Shown: positions 13,611-27,729, counted from the stretch's first letter. The stretch: 64,000 nucleotides of DNA from Octopus vulgaris (GCA_951406725.2 OX597814.1:14570001-14634000); one strand, 5' to 3'. The notes: generated from the sequence alone by a model not told the origin. Numbers and translations: made by a program.

Positions 13611-14313
13611 TATAAAGGCTGACAACCTTATGCTGAAGATAGTAAAAGGATAACATTATAAATATACATTGTGGAAGTGCATATGAAGAATATAAAATTT
13701 TCATGCACAAATTTTATACACTGGATATGCACTTGCTCTATTAATGACTTAATGTCCCTTTTATTTATGTACAACAGTATATAAAACAGAGATCAATACT
13801 TAGGGATATATGGGTGCCTGCGTGCATGTGTGTTGAGAAAGAGAGAGAGAAAAAAAGAAAGATAAAGGAAAAAACGAGAAGTATTTTGTAATGTTAATAT
13901 GCGCGGCACGTTGTCTACTAGTCTTTAACTACGTCATGTGAATGCATAAATATATGAATAAATTTATAAATTTCTATAAAATTGTATAATTTATTGTGCT
14001 ACGCAACACAGAACAATCAACACTTGTGTACAGCGCTATAGCATTATATAGCTATGAAAATATTTTCATATATATGCGTATGCATGGATTTATATACATA
14101 TTATATTGTGTATATATATATACATATATGTAATGTATATATACACACACATATATACACACATACACACACACACATATATATATATATAAAGAGAAAA
14201 CACAACAACGCGAGGACGTGGAACAAATATATATATACATATACATAAATATACATGTAAGTGTATATATACACATATATATACATATATGTATATATAT
14301 ATATCTATCTATC

Positions 14314-14344
<31 letters not shown>

Positions 14345-14759
14345 CATATATACATATGAGCACGCATATGTGTGTATGGGGGGAGGAGTGTGTGTGTGCG
14401 TGCGCGCTTTTATGCACGAAGGTATGTTTTTAATTTGCTTCACACGCGAAAATATGTTATGTTTCAGACAGGTAATGCTTAATTACGAGCGAAAGGTAGA
14501 CATTGTGCCTGTAGCCAGAGTGAAAGCGTCTTTTGATCGATCCAAGTTTGCCATATTGTTTTTGGTTGCGATTTCAGTTTTACTATACTGACATGAACAC
14601 TAACTCAACTCAAATGTTCAGAGACACTCAGACACTACACCCAAACATGCATTTCAGGCATACACATTTACTACATGGTCACATATACTAAGCACACACA
14701 TACTGCATGCTCAAATGCATATAAACAAACAGATACATACACATATACATGCTACACGG

Positions 14760-16380
14760 TGCCATCAACATCAGACGGGCAGGCGCAGACGACAGTTTAA
14801 GAATGCCGTTTTAAACGATTTCCTGGACAATTACACCGACGACTTGGATACAAAAAAAAACTGACCTTCTTGAGAAAGCCATTAATATGTTCATTCAAAA
14901 GAAAAATGAAAAGTCGAATTGGCATACCAAATTGGCTTGTAGCTAAGACTGAAACTTCCTAGTTGACCGTAAAATATAGGCCTATTACTTGCTTAAACGG
15001 TATACGAGCTTTACACAAATTATTTCAAACAATTCGTCCAGGATCATTGTCAGTCTCGCAACAAAGCTGCTGATGAGCTTTCAGGTACAAAGAAAGGAAG
15101 AGAAAATATATGCCGAAGAATATTTGAGAAACGAAGCTGAGCTGTCCAAAGTAAGGAGACCTGGTAGACACCTAGAGAAAGTGTGCTTTCGTTATTGAAA
15201 AATCACTCCATGTTATGTCCCATTCACGGCTACTGAATATTTTGACAAACATAACTTCTATGTTATTCGCTATCATTGAGAGGATCACAAAGATCTCGGA
15301 CAACAGTCCTCGCACATACACTTGTGACCTGAATAACCGCATCCGCTCTCATAATTATTTCAAAGGGAATATTCCAAAGACATAGTTTTTCTGTAGTTCT
15401 GTTTATTTTGGCATTAAATCTGTTATCACGGTTTTTAAAAGATGTCTGGGTCTACAACTACTAGAGATAAGAATATAACATATTTTCTTTATGTGGATGA
15501 GCTGAAGATCTATGCTATAATTGTTCACAATTCCAAAACACATCTGCAATTAATAACAATGCATAAGGATGACATACTAATGGAATTTTTCAAAAGAAAA
15601 TGTTCGTATTTGTTTGTTAAACGTGGAAAATCAACCCCACCAAAACCCCAAAGCTGTCTATCAACGATCTCGTTATCACTACTGGTCCACATTAGGAATG
15701 CTATAGAGAGGTAGGCATCGACGAAAATATGTCATATGAATGGGATTTAATCAGAGATTCTGTGACTCAAGAATATTATGCCAGAGTTATAAAAACATGG
15801 CAGTTGAAGCTCTCCTCTTGAAATAAGTTTAGGATAATTGACTGATCTGTAGATGACATCCAGACTTTTGACATTAAAATCGTCAAGACCTTGACACCAA
15901 AATGTAAACTTCCACAGCAATAGTGATATAGACAGGTTCTGCGTAAGAAGAGATGAAAAAGGTAGATACCTCAGCTTAGAGCAGACATGCTTCAAATGTC
16001 GAGTAATATAACTCAGACAATACTTGCAACAGAACAGCTGCAACAATAAATATATATATACCTAACTTAAAAACGAAGAGAACAAAACTTTTCGTACCGG
16101 CATTGAGCTCCCAGGAAGTACATTGCCAGTCTGCACTAAGTAATATTAGACTGCACGGAACTTGGTGGCAATGCAATCCACCAAGTTCCGTGCAATCTAA
16201 TATGCAATATGTTTATGAGCTGACAGGGGTGCGCTTCAATGTTTTCAGCATTGAAATATATATTGTATTTTTCATCTCACTGAATGTATTTAGTACACAT
16301 GTGGTGTCGTCAGGGTCCTTGAATATTTGTGATACTTTTGTCTTGCCCGTGTAACTGATGAGAGTGGAAGATTATAAAAC
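14760..16380 (+). mobile_element. Heavily decayed R4/Dong-like (RLE) non-LTR retrotransposon, RT region
   Basis: IFQRHSFSVVLFILALN (cf. IFQGDSLSPLLF), YFLYVDELKIYA (cf. HLLYMDDLKLYA), GIDEN, SDIDRFCVRRDEKGR (cf. DVDRLY..R..GGRGL); many stops and frameshifts. Confidence 0.75.
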
Positions 16381-16641
16381 CTGGGCTATGTCTAAGAGTC
16401 AGCACAAACACTAGAGGCCCAAGTGCACCGAGAAACTTCTCTTAAAAGTGATGCCACACTAGAGAGAGCACAGTTGGCGGAAGCTATTTGACACTGAACT
16501 CATAAAACGTCATGCAGCCACTTCCCTAATTATCTCATTATACGAAAGTCACGAAGTTGGTGACATACATTCGTGATCAACTTTCTCCAAGGCCTTCTTA
16601 GGGTCAAGTTATATGACATTCATATGTAAATTATGTATGTA

Positions 16642-17077
16642 TTACTTTACGTTTACTTTACTTTACTTTTACTTGTTTCAGTCATTTGACTGCGGCCATG
16701 CTGGAGCACCGCCCTTAGTCGAGCAAATCGACTCCGGGACTTATTCTTTGTAAGCCCAGCACTTATTCTATCGGTCTATTTTGCCAAACCGCTAAGTGAC
16801 GGGGACATAACCACACCAGCATCGGTTGTCAAGCAATGCTAGAGAGACAAACACAGACAGACAAACATATACACACACATACATACATACATATATATAT
16901 ATACACATATATACGACAGGCTTCTTTCAGTTTCCGTCTACCAAATCCACTCACAAGGCATTGGTCGGCCCGAGGCTATAGCAGAAGACACTTGCCCAAG
17001 GTGCCACGCAGTGGGACTGAACCCGGAACCATGTGGTTGGTAAGCATGCTACTTACCTCACAGCCACTCCTGCGCCT
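16642..17077 (-). mobile_element. SINE family A, full length
   Basis: Head AGGCGCAGGAGTGGCTGTG...GGTTCAGTCCC, CCTTGGGCAAG block, internal (TA/TG)n, (GTAAA)n tail. Confidence 0.92.
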
Positions 17078-17699
17078 GTATGTATGTATGCATGTATGTA
17101 TACATGTTTGTATATATGTATGCATGTATGTATGCATGTATCTATGTATGCATTTAAGCATGCATACATGCATATCTATTTATTTACAAATAATACGTTC
17201 TAAATATGGCAGTAGTTACTGTCTTCAGATCACCTACCTCCCTACCTGTTTTGTTTATATTCTTTTTCATGCGTGAATATCAATAGTAAGGGCTGATTTA
17301 GTGTATTAAATACAGATAGGTTTGTGTAGCAGAATTAGCAATTGCTTTCGTAGGAAAATGTACAAAATTCAATAAACTGGTTAAGCAAATAACAACAAAG
17401 AGGAGAAGAGGACGGGGATGAAGAGGAAATGAGGAGGGGGTGAAGAAAAGATGTGAGTGTGGATTGGAATTTGTGAAGTCGTTAGAAAAAGATTTTTTGG
17501 AGAGTGGCAAAATCAGATATAATTTCTAAACAAAAAAAATTCTCTGAAGGGGATATTCTTTTCGTAAAATTAATTATACGTTGTCATATCAAAGAAGCGT
17601 TTTTCAATGCAATTGGGATATGATGGCGTTATGAAACCTTTTTTTATTGTTTTCTTTTTTTTGCCTTCTGTAAGCCTGCCGTTGAAAATGACATATTTG

Positions 17700-17867
17700 C
17701 TGAGACGGCGAAAAGATTAATTCCAATTACATTATTTACATTTGATGGGTATCTGTCCTCGTCTTGTTTGTTGTTAACACGTTTCGGCTAATATACCCTA
17801 CAGCCTTCATCAGGTGTCTTGGGGAAATTTCGAACCTGGATTCTCATTCCTTAGGTATTTTTCGATG
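17700..17867 (-). mobile_element. Penelope-like LTR fragment with hammerhead-like core
   Basis: Minus strand AAGACAC-CTGATGA-A-GGCTG...TAGCC-GAAA-CGT at 17775-17820. Confidence 0.55.
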
Positions 17868-17901
17868 TTATTATTATTACTATTATTATTAATATTATTA
17901 C

Positions 17902-17974
<73 letters not shown>

Positions 17975-17977
<3 letters not shown>

Positions 17978-18416
17978 TAGTTTTATTTTTATTTTTATAG
18001 CGTGCTTTCACTTCACTACCGAGCGCAGATCTGTGTGCCGTAAGTATGTGCTGTGATTTGTTGTGATGCTTTGATGGTTATTGTATGGAAAGTGTTCTGC
18101 GTAGGATGTGTGCAGTGCCTAGTAGTGCAATTTTCTGTATGTTATATGTGTTTGTAAGTCCTGGTGTTTTTGTTATGTATTTGTCTGAATATTTTTTTAT
18201 CATGCCTAATGCACCTACTATGATAGGAATTGTTTCTGTTTTCAGATTCCACATTCTAGTTACCTCTATTTCCAGGTCTTTGTATTTTGAGAGTTTCTCC
18301 ATTTCTTTTAGAGACACGTTGTCATCTGCCGGTATTGATACATCAATTAAAAAGCATTTTTTTTCTTCATGATCTCTGACAACTATATCTGGTCTGTTGG
18401 CCTTAATTTCTCTATC
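17975..18416 (-). mobile_element. Young 5'-truncated R4/Dong-like LINE (restriction-like endonuclease C-terminus + 3' UTR) inserted in (TAA)n
   Basis: Open frame 18416-18078: DREIKANRPDIVVRDHEEKKCFLIDVSIPADDNVSLKEMEKLSKYKDLEIEVTRMW...IPIIVGALG...QKIALLGTAHILRRTL; PD-(D/E)xK-type RLE motif; (TTA)n on both sides. Confidence 0.9.
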
Positions 18417-18485
<69 letters not shown>

Positions 18486-18543
18486 TCATTCCTTAGGTAT
18501 TTTTCTATGTTATTATTATTACTATTATTATTATTATTATTAC

Positions 18544-18588
<45 letters not shown>

Positions 18589-18604
18589 CATTATTATTAT
18601 TATT

Positions 18605-19159
18605 GGGTGAGAGAGCAGTTCATGCCATCAAAGTGACACTGGGGTAAAATATACGAAGCCCAATATACCCATCATGACTACCCGTCTGATAAGGGCACAC
18701 CAGGCACAGGCATCACAACCATATGTGCGCGACATGGTGATCTCATATTAAGATAAACAGCACATGACCTTGCAGGTGGGGCCCAGTTAGAATTTTCTTC
18801 AGATTGAGTAGCCCATCCCGCTCAAACGGTCCCTGAATAAGGGTTGTTTAAGGATGTTGAAAGAACCACCCATGTTTCCAGAGGTGAATTATTCAAACCC
18901 CAAAGAATCCCTCTCAACACATGGCTATGATGCTCCCCCACTACTTCTGCTCATGATCAGAGATGCACATATCGTCAGCCACTAAGGGACATGCTCAACT
19001 GGTTAAGGTCAAACAACTGACGAGCAAATCTGTGGTATTGAGCAGAATATTTGCTGTAGCCCATCTTTTATACCAAGAAAAAACAATGTACATGATAACA
19101 CTTCCAATCAGTTAAGATCAGAAGCCATGAGAGCCATTGCCTGGTACTGCATCAGGGCA

Positions 19160-19160
<1 letters not shown>
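18605..19160. mobile_element. ~555-bp non-coding element embedded between (TTA)n tracts
   Basis: GC-richer unique block with sharp (TTA)n boundaries on both sides; no coding motif recognised. Confidence 0.5.
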
Positions 19161-19248
<88 letters not shown>

Positions 19249-19586
19249 CGCTGTGGTAGGTTATACAAAAGTGAAACATGCCGCCCCCTCCACATAAGGG
19301 TAGAGGAACATCGCAAAGCTGTGACACGAGAAGATATTGATAAATCGAGTATAGCTGATCATATATGGAAAAATGGAGACCATCACCCACTGTGAGATGA
19401 AGTTAAAATAATGGATAGAGAACACCACTGGAAAATGCGAAAACTAAAGCAAGCAGGGCATATTCTAGGACACAACCTCCTAAGCAAACCGAGTGTAGAT
19501 ATGAATAGCATATGGGAACCGATATTAAGGAAGGATAGGAAAATATTAGATTTATAAACCCTAAAAATTCACTCCATACTTGCCCA

Positions 19587-19635
19587 CGGGCATATGGCGT
19601 AGTGGTTAGTAGCACGGGCTACAAATCCTGAGATG
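19587..19635 (+). mobile_element. Truncated tRNA-derived SINE head
   Basis: GGGCATATGGCGTAGTGGTTAG A-box; no B-box or acceptor stem follows. Confidence 0.45.
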
Positions 19636-21429
19636 GAATAAGAATCCGAAAACGTCATAAGAAGATGTATCTCCTTTCATCTCCAATGATACATACCGTA
19701 ATATGTTTGTGGCAGCAGTTTAACCTATGATAGTTTGTAAGATTAAAACGATAAATTCTCCATCCATATTTTCGTTATTCCTGAAAATTATCGAAGCCCA
19801 TATAGTTTTGTGAGTAATCTGTAATGTAAGTGGTCGTGTCGGTTTGTATACATGAACTGCAGACATTTAATGATTCATGTAATCAGTGTGTATGGCAGTA
19901 TTATATAACAGTTAAGTAAAGTTGCAAAGCTTATCAGTCTATTGGATATGCGATTGTATGCTGGCCAATTTATAAAGAAAAAGATACAATGGAAAGTGAT
20001 TTTCTCTCATAGTGTCTACTAGAAAACTTAGGGCCAATAACTCAACTTCTGAACAGAAACACATCTAACTACCCGTGTTCTAATCTTGAAAACTAGATAT
20101 TTGTAACATGTTTCTACCAAAGGAATCAAGTAACAGAAGACAATGTACTTCTGCAGGCATGAGTGCTTCACCTACCACCCGATATGTATCAGTTGATGTT
20201 AAATATATATGACGAATACGCCATAGCAAGTTTCTTTCACAACTGAAATGTATTTCCTTTCTGAGTTACCACACATACCAGGATGTATAAAATAGGTGTA
20301 TGCACATGAACACTTGGCAGTGCAATTCTAGTTAATCAAAGGGAGATATTTAATCAAGGAAATTGCACAATGATTCAACCAATAATCAGTGCTATGATTT
20401 ATGGTTTAAGTCAATAAAACGAACAGAAAAATTTAACCACAAAAATACTACCTAAAGTAAATATGAAATATATACAAGTTACTTCGTGGGATAACTTAGC
20501 AGCAGCTGATTAATTCTTGTTTCGCCTTACACTGTATAGCAGACATTGACCTCAAGAATAATTAGTACATAAATCTACCAGAAACAGGAAAGAAATGAAG
20601 CTTTAAATATTACTGAGTAAAAGTAACTGTCTTACAAAGAAAGCAAAATATACATACATGCATACGCACATAAGCACAAATTCATGTGTGTATGCACGTG
20701 AACATCTGCATTTAAGCATATGTGTGATGGATACAAATAGCAAAAATAGACTGTTTTTGGTGATTAAGCGGCGCGGAGGGACGAGGAGGAGGTGATAGCG
20801 AAGGAGACGAGGAAGACATGACAGGCTAAATACCGCTTTAACCAAGTCTGATAATGGAGACAGTGGAATGAAAGAAGAAAAATCAAATGACAAGTATATA
20901 TTCTAATATATTCTAATTCGCAAACCAGCTGATGCAAGAAGTTGGAGGGGAAAAAAAACAGTGACATGTCTAGCCAACGACCTGACGATAGTAAAATAAA
21001 AACGGATGAAAGGAAAATGAAAAATAGAATATGACAATAGACGACACAAAGCAATTATATGTACGTTAATGTGTAGTAATTATGAGTAAAACTATGTACG
21101 TTATGCCTATATGTAATACATACGTGTATATGAAAAAAACAAACAGCTTTATTCACAAGCCACTCGATGAAACTGCACTAAAACAGTAGCGGTAGCAACA
21201 ACAACAACAACAAAAGAATATATTAAATTATAGGTGTATTTTTATTTCCCTACTCTTAATAACATTGAGTGCTTCAGAGTTTGTCAATATTAACACTATT
21301 ATTATTTGTGTGTGTGTGTGTACGTGTGTGTGTGTGCGTGCGTAGGTATGTACGTATGTATTTATTTTATATAGGTGTGTTTGTTCTCTTTCCATTAATT
21401 AGAATTCATACAAAAAAGAAGGGAGCTGG

Positions 21430-22100
21430 TTTCTAACAAAGAAGCAGGAGCTCTATCGCTGACATTTGTATGAAAAATTTGTTTGAGATTAAATTTCAGG
21501 AAAGTCTTGAATATTTCTTCTGTTCCACGTATTATTTGCTCTTTTTCCTTGTTTGAAAGTCCTAGATTTTCAAGATTATTGTATAGACATTTACTAACAT
21601 AGCCAAGCGATTTTATTATCAGTTTAGAGTCGCAAGTTTCGAAGCAGATGCCCATAAATGTGTTCCTTTTCATTTATTATAGAAGGGTTATTCATATGTG
21701 CACAGCAGCTAACCTCTATGATTACATATGATTTCTCTTTCGTGTCCCAAATAAGTATATTATATTTGTACTTGCCAGAAATTTGATTGTCCTTTATGTA
21801 TATATGTATGTTTTCGATGGTAGCGGTGTTATGTAATTTATTCCTGGATAATTGCAGTCTTTTCTCTTAATGACATTTAATATTGCTCTGTCAACGTCAT
21901 TTTATACTTGGAGGTAGACCTTGGATGACATATTTGATTACATCTGTTATAGCTTCCACAGAATTGTGACATAATTGACTTCTGCGAATGAATCATAGAA
22001 GTTCAAGGGCTTCACTTTCCCGTTTTCTTTCTTTAGATAATTCAAGGCTATCTCCTGCTCTTCGATCACACAGTGGCATCCTTCGATATGCGACATGATG
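21430..22100 (-). mobile_element. Decayed RLE-type (R4/Dong-like) LINE C-terminus
   Basis: VIEEQEIALNYL, ILIWDTKEKSYVIIEVSC (RLE region), IIKSLGYVSKCLYNNLENLGL. Confidence 0.65.
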
Positions 22101-22140
22101 TAATGCGCACGAGTCTTCATGTCAAATTTATTGCCCTCTA

Positions 22141-22340
22141 AAGCGGCGAGCTGGCAGTATCGTTACCACGCCGGGCAAAATGCTTAGCAGTATTTCGTTC
22201 GTCTTTACATTCTGAGTTCAAATTCCACCGAGGCTGACTAATCCATTTATCATTTCGGGGTCGATAAAATGAGTGTCAGTTGAGGAATGGAATCGATGTA
22301 ATCGATTTACCCCTCCCCCCGAAACTGCTCGCTTTGTGCG
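22141..22340 (+). mobile_element. SINE family B
   Basis: AAGCGGCGAGCTGGCAG...TTCTGAGTTCAAATTCC...TTTCGGGGTCGATAAAATGAGT. Confidence 0.85.
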
Positions 22341-23473
22341 CAGAACGCTGTTCACTTAATGTTTGAACACGTGATTGCTGTATTTATTTTTGCTGCCAGT
22401 GTTTAGCAGTCTGAGTGAAATCGAAACTGTACGGAACACAAAGGCATTGCGAGATATTAAGCCTGCTCTTCGCATTTTTAAATAACTTTGTTTCTATGGA
22501 GGCTTGCATATGATGCCTGAAGCTTGTGTACTTTTATTTTCACGGGACAGCTTTCCTCTGTAGATGAGCAGAGTGTCCCAGATGTCTCTAGTTGTACAGT
22601 TACTGAAATTACATTATGCGATATCGTCATGATGTAGAAGGAAAACTCTGACTCTCATCTCTTTTTAAATCTAATTTATTTTTCTTCGGGTACCCTTTCT
22701 TCAAAATACCTTTGTATAATATATCAATACTTACATCTTCATAGCACTCGCTGTGTGAAACAGGGTTGATTAAGAGACCCTTGAGGCAAGTATTTTGGGT
22801 TCGAGGGACAATTTTTCCGGGCCCAATTGTTAAATAAGAACATATGTTTTGGCTAAATTGTATATCTATATCAGTAGAAATATGATTACACCTGCTATTT
22901 TCCAGTATTGCAAATGTTTCCTGCGTAAATCTTTAAGCTACCCTCATAGAAATTATAGATAAAGAAATCTTCAAAGCATCCATGAAATCTTCAAGCATCC
23001 ATGAATGTATGTATGTTTGTATGCATATAGAACGTTTTAAGTTTAACATAATAGATCCTATTTCATTTTAAATTTAACACAGAAATATTTTTTATACCAA
23101 TTAGCAAAAATCATAGCCATTTTGGGGATAAATCAATAATTAAAAAAGTTACCTAACTTTTAAAATTGTAATTCTGTGGAATTTCACTTAATTGAATGCT
23201 ACAAATCTTGATACGCCAAAAAGTCGAAATAGCCATATTAGCATAGCAGCGTTTTCAACCCTAAAGGGTTAAACAACTTCGAATTATACACTTCTGTCTT
23301 ATATATCTATATGCTTTAGTATGAGCATATAAAGGAGATGCTTCTATGGAAGCTACACCTGTTAGATATTGCTGCCATGTTTCTTAAAAACGGAAGATGG
23401 GCAATTGGTTTGCTATAAATAGTAAAGAAATATCCGGTAATATATATACATAGACATATATATGGGTGCGTAT

Positions 23474-23583
<110 letters not shown>

Positions 23584-24908
23584 CAGACAGGCAGACAGAC
23601 AGTCAGTATTAAATATTTAAAGGAGACACTGTGTTGATAGGCCAGTTACTGCTGTATTTGTCCTGAGATAACATCTTTTATCAATGTTTGGTATTAAGTA
23701 CACAATAACTATCTGAAGAAGTGGTAATGTGCTACTGCAGTGACAAGTAAAAATGCCATAGGTATTTCGGCCATTTCGGGCCTTTTGAATGACACCTACT
23801 TTTGACCAGTTATATATCTGAAGTAAATAAAACATTTATTCATGTTGCAATACCTGGCCGTCTGAATGAAATTTGGTATATGCAACACAGGGCCATAAAA
23901 TCGGATTCATGCGTGGTTTCTTCCTTATGTCTGTCACTTCATGACTGCGTGGCCCCACTTACCTGTGTTTTGGGACAACTCCGAGCCATACCTCTGAGCT
24001 CAATTATCGCAATTCCTTTTGGCATGTATATTATTTTGTGATATGTATTTCTTGAAGCTGATAGTCTTTTTTCTAACTTTTGCCTATTTTAAGACAGTAA
24101 TCAGTCACGTATTTCTCAAAATGTATTAAAGAAAGAATAATTTAATTATCATTTGCGCGAAAAACATTCGTTCTCACTTGGCATTGCAATAGCCGTTGCT
24201 ACGAAACAAAATTGAAAACTTGCAGCACAAAGAGAAACAATGAACCATTAACGGCAAAGGTTGAGAGTAGAAAAAAACGTGTAAAATACATAAAGTGAGT
24301 ACAAAATAAACAAATAAGAGAAGCCAGCATGACTGAACATGAACTTACGGTGTCACATTTTGAATCAACAGATGCGAGGAGTTTTCATTAAACGGTTCAT
24401 GAAATTTTCCTTTCTTCAGCTATCTCCCATGCTGCTCATTGGCATTAGCATTCTAACTCAATCGTGACATAACTATGATTATGCAAATGTACAGGAATAC
24501 AGAAGAACCAAAATCCGTGATGTGACAGAAGTATCAGGATAGTTGATCATTTCTGAAGGGAAAAGTGAAGTGAGCTAACCATGTGGAATTAAGCAAAAAT
24601 AGCCATTAAGGAACAACTCTAGGTGTCTAGACGACTGAATGAGTTGGCACATTCACTGTGCCTACATAAACTTCTCATTTGGCCCAGCATGTAGATGAGC
24701 ATCTTATGGAAACCAATAATTAATTAAGAAAGAACATTAAACATAAGTTCAAGAAAATTAAGGTTTAGAGCTTCTGATTTTCATGACATAACATTTTACG
24801 AGTCAATACATAGAGTATAATTGTTGACTAAGTGTCAAGTGCAGCTGTATAGCTAGTGCATACAAGGTGAGTCTCCGGGTCAGTTAAACAATATACATAA
24901 TCTGGTTC

Positions 24909-25470
24909 AAGCTGGGAGCTGGCAGAAACGTTAGCACGCCAGGTGAAATGCTTAGCGGTATTTCGTCTGAGTACAAATTCCGCCGAGGTCGACTTTGCCT
25001 TTCATCCATTCAGGGTCGATAAATTAAGTACCAGTTACGTACTGGTATCGATATAATCGACTTAATCCGTTTGTCTGTCCTTGTTTGTCCCCTCTATGTT
25101 TAGCCCCTTGGGGGTAGTAAAGAAATATGTATTTCGTCTGTCTTTAACTTCTGAGTTCAAATTCCGCCGAGGTCGACTTTGCCTTTCATCCATTCAGGGT
25201 CGATAAATTAAGTACCAGTTACGTACTGGTATCGATATAATCGACTTAATCCGTTTGTCTGTCCTTGTTTGTCCCCTCTATGTTTAGCCCCTTGGGGGTA
25301 GTGAAGAAATATGTATTTCGTCTGTCTTTAACTTCTGAGTTCAAATTCCGCCGAGGTCGACTTTGCCTTTCATCCTTTCGCAGTCGATAAATTAAGTACC
25401 AGTTGCGTACTGGGGTCGATCTAATCGACTGTCCCTCTCTCCCAAAATTTCGTGCCTTATGCCTGGAGTA
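24909..25470 (+). mobile_element. SINE family B with tandemly triplicated body (~184-bp period)
   Basis: ATTTCGTCTG at 24960, 25131, 25315; the GGTCGACTTTGCCTTTCATCC...AATTAAGTACCAG block occurs three times. Confidence 0.9.
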
Positions 25471-26180
25471 GAACACAATAAACCTTATCTGGTTCAGGTA
25501 GAACATGCACGCAACTTTAGACGTAAGTAGATAACTAAATGAAGAATATCTCTGATATGGATAGTGAAATGACAAAGAGCGAGTGAGAAAGAGAGAGGGG
25601 GAGGGAGAGAGACAGAGACAGAGAGCAATGTACCCGGTGGATTTGTAAATGAGCTTTTGAAATACCGAACATGTTATTGAATAGTTCTGGATGTATCTGA
25701 ATTCATTGGAATGCACCTGAAGAAGGCCAGAACGGGCAATTACTGAAACACTGACTATATCTTCCAAGCTCAGAATATTGACCAGAATATATATTGTGTC
25801 TGTCTATCTTTCTATATGTATATATAGGTGTTTGAGTGTGCGTGTGTGTGTATGTGTGTGCGCGCGTGTGTATGTGTGCGTGCAACTTATGTATGTATGC
25901 CTCTTCTATTTTTAATTATTATCAATCTTCCACTGAGGAGGGAGCCGGTATCCAGCAAAGATACTAGGCTCCATCTTTGGGATGTACTTAACACAGACAA
26001 ATTCACATTTGGAACTTGAATAAAGTCTTGCATATTTTTACTGTTCCACTCACAGATTAGACTCGTAGTGTACGAATCAGTAGGTCAATATCTTTCTGAA
26101 AATCCCAGTTTATCCAGATTCTCCTTTAAGCATGTATGTATAGATGGATGTAATATGTATGTATTATGTATGTATGTATA

Positions 26181-26567
26181 TTCTTTTATTCTTTGAATTG
26201 TTTCAGTCATCAGACTGCGGACACACTGGGTACCTCTATGAAGAATTTTGATCCAACGATTCTACCCTAGTAGAATTTTTAAAGCACAGTATTTATTCTA
26301 TCGATCGTTTTTGCCGAAATGCTAAGTTACGGGGTGCAAGCAGTACAATACAGGTTGACATGCAGTGGTGAAGGACAGAGACAGACAAAAAAACACATAC
26401 ACTTCTATACATACATTCATATATACGTATATATATATATATATTTATATAATAGCTTCTTTCAGTTTCCGTCTATCAAATCTATCCACAAGTTTTTAGA
26501 CGGCCTGAGCTGCCTCGCAGGGTTATTGAACAAGGAAGTTTCTTATCACACAGCCAAGCCTGCACCT
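26181..26567 (-). mobile_element. SINE family A, diverged
   Basis: TTTCAGTCATCAGACTGCGG, TTATTCTATCG, TTCTTTCAGTTTCCGTCTA, CACACAGCCAAGCCTGCACCT. Confidence 0.8.
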
Positions 26568-26612
26568 ATATATGTATATATTTAGGATTGTTCGTGCGTG
26601 TGTGTGTTTATA

Positions 26613-26661
<49 letters not shown>

Positions 26662-27729
26662 GTGTGTGTTTACATATAACACAACCACAGACATATAGAT
26701 GGGTAGATAGATAGATAGATACATACATACATACATATGCACAGTGTTTAAAATGAGCTATCTGCTTCGAAATTGTGGTCTTTTGATCTTCCATAATAAC
26801 AAAGAAAAAAAAAATTTTCACTTGAGATTAATTTGCATTGTCTCAATATTTTGTCCGCCTTGAATCTTCCTCGATATTATCCACACTGGTTTATATTGTA
26901 AACTACGTCTGGGAAATATTAAAAAAGAAATAAAATGATAAGTAGTATAAAACAATTTTATTAAGATATTTGTCTGAAACAAAATCTTTTTTTATATATA
27001 GTATTTAGTTAATATTTGACGGTTGTCAGTTTCAATTCATTATAATTATTTCTCTGTCTTTTGTCATGAAAGAAATGAAACTTAACACGCTTCTTTTCTC
27101 TTCTTCAATATTTCTAAGATTTTATACAAAAACACAATCGATTATGATGTATATCGTGCTTACGATCGCAGTAAAAACGTAATCTCTCAAAGAAATGATT
27201 TCGAGAATGAAATTTAATTCTATATTCAAGCAATTTTAGTTGTATAATAGCATTAAAACTCAAAAGTTGAGCATGAACTCAAAGAGACCTGATCCACTCA
27301 CCCGTACGTTTATGGCTATGTGACTATATACGAAAATTTTATAAGAATGTATATATAGGTGTAAACCTTCATAGGTTCGTAAATATTTTAATGATTTCAT
27401 TTTTCTTAAAGACACTCATTTCATATGAATATCATAATAGGACATTTTCATATTTCTTTGCGCAAAGAAGTCTTTATATGACACAAGGAAATACAATTTA
27501 TTGCAACTAATGAAAGCAGTACAGTGCACCGCTTCTCTATTTAAATATCTGAAATGTGCATTTTCACCTTTGAATGTAGATAATTTATAATACTCAAAGT
27601 ATTCACTCGACTATACCTAAATCGCTAACTCACTGTAAAACTGGAAGATATCCAAGTATTTAATATAGAAAAAGCATAGTTTTACTTGTTGAAAATAGAA
27701 TTAGTATATAAATACATTTTTTTTTTTAC

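Noticed and set aside
15068-15100. Other CTGATGA/CTGACGA matches (9790, 10315, 11106, 15070, 16356, 19017)
   Set aside because: No correctly placed stem II closed before GAAA and no stem I/III; chance matches.
23258-23272. piggyBac-like end CTAAAGGG|TTAA
   Set aside because: No matching opposite terminus found.
24909-25470. Regularly spaced repeats suggestive of a CRISPR array
   Set aside because: Units are whole tandem duplicates with no unique spacers; eukaryotic context, no cas genes.
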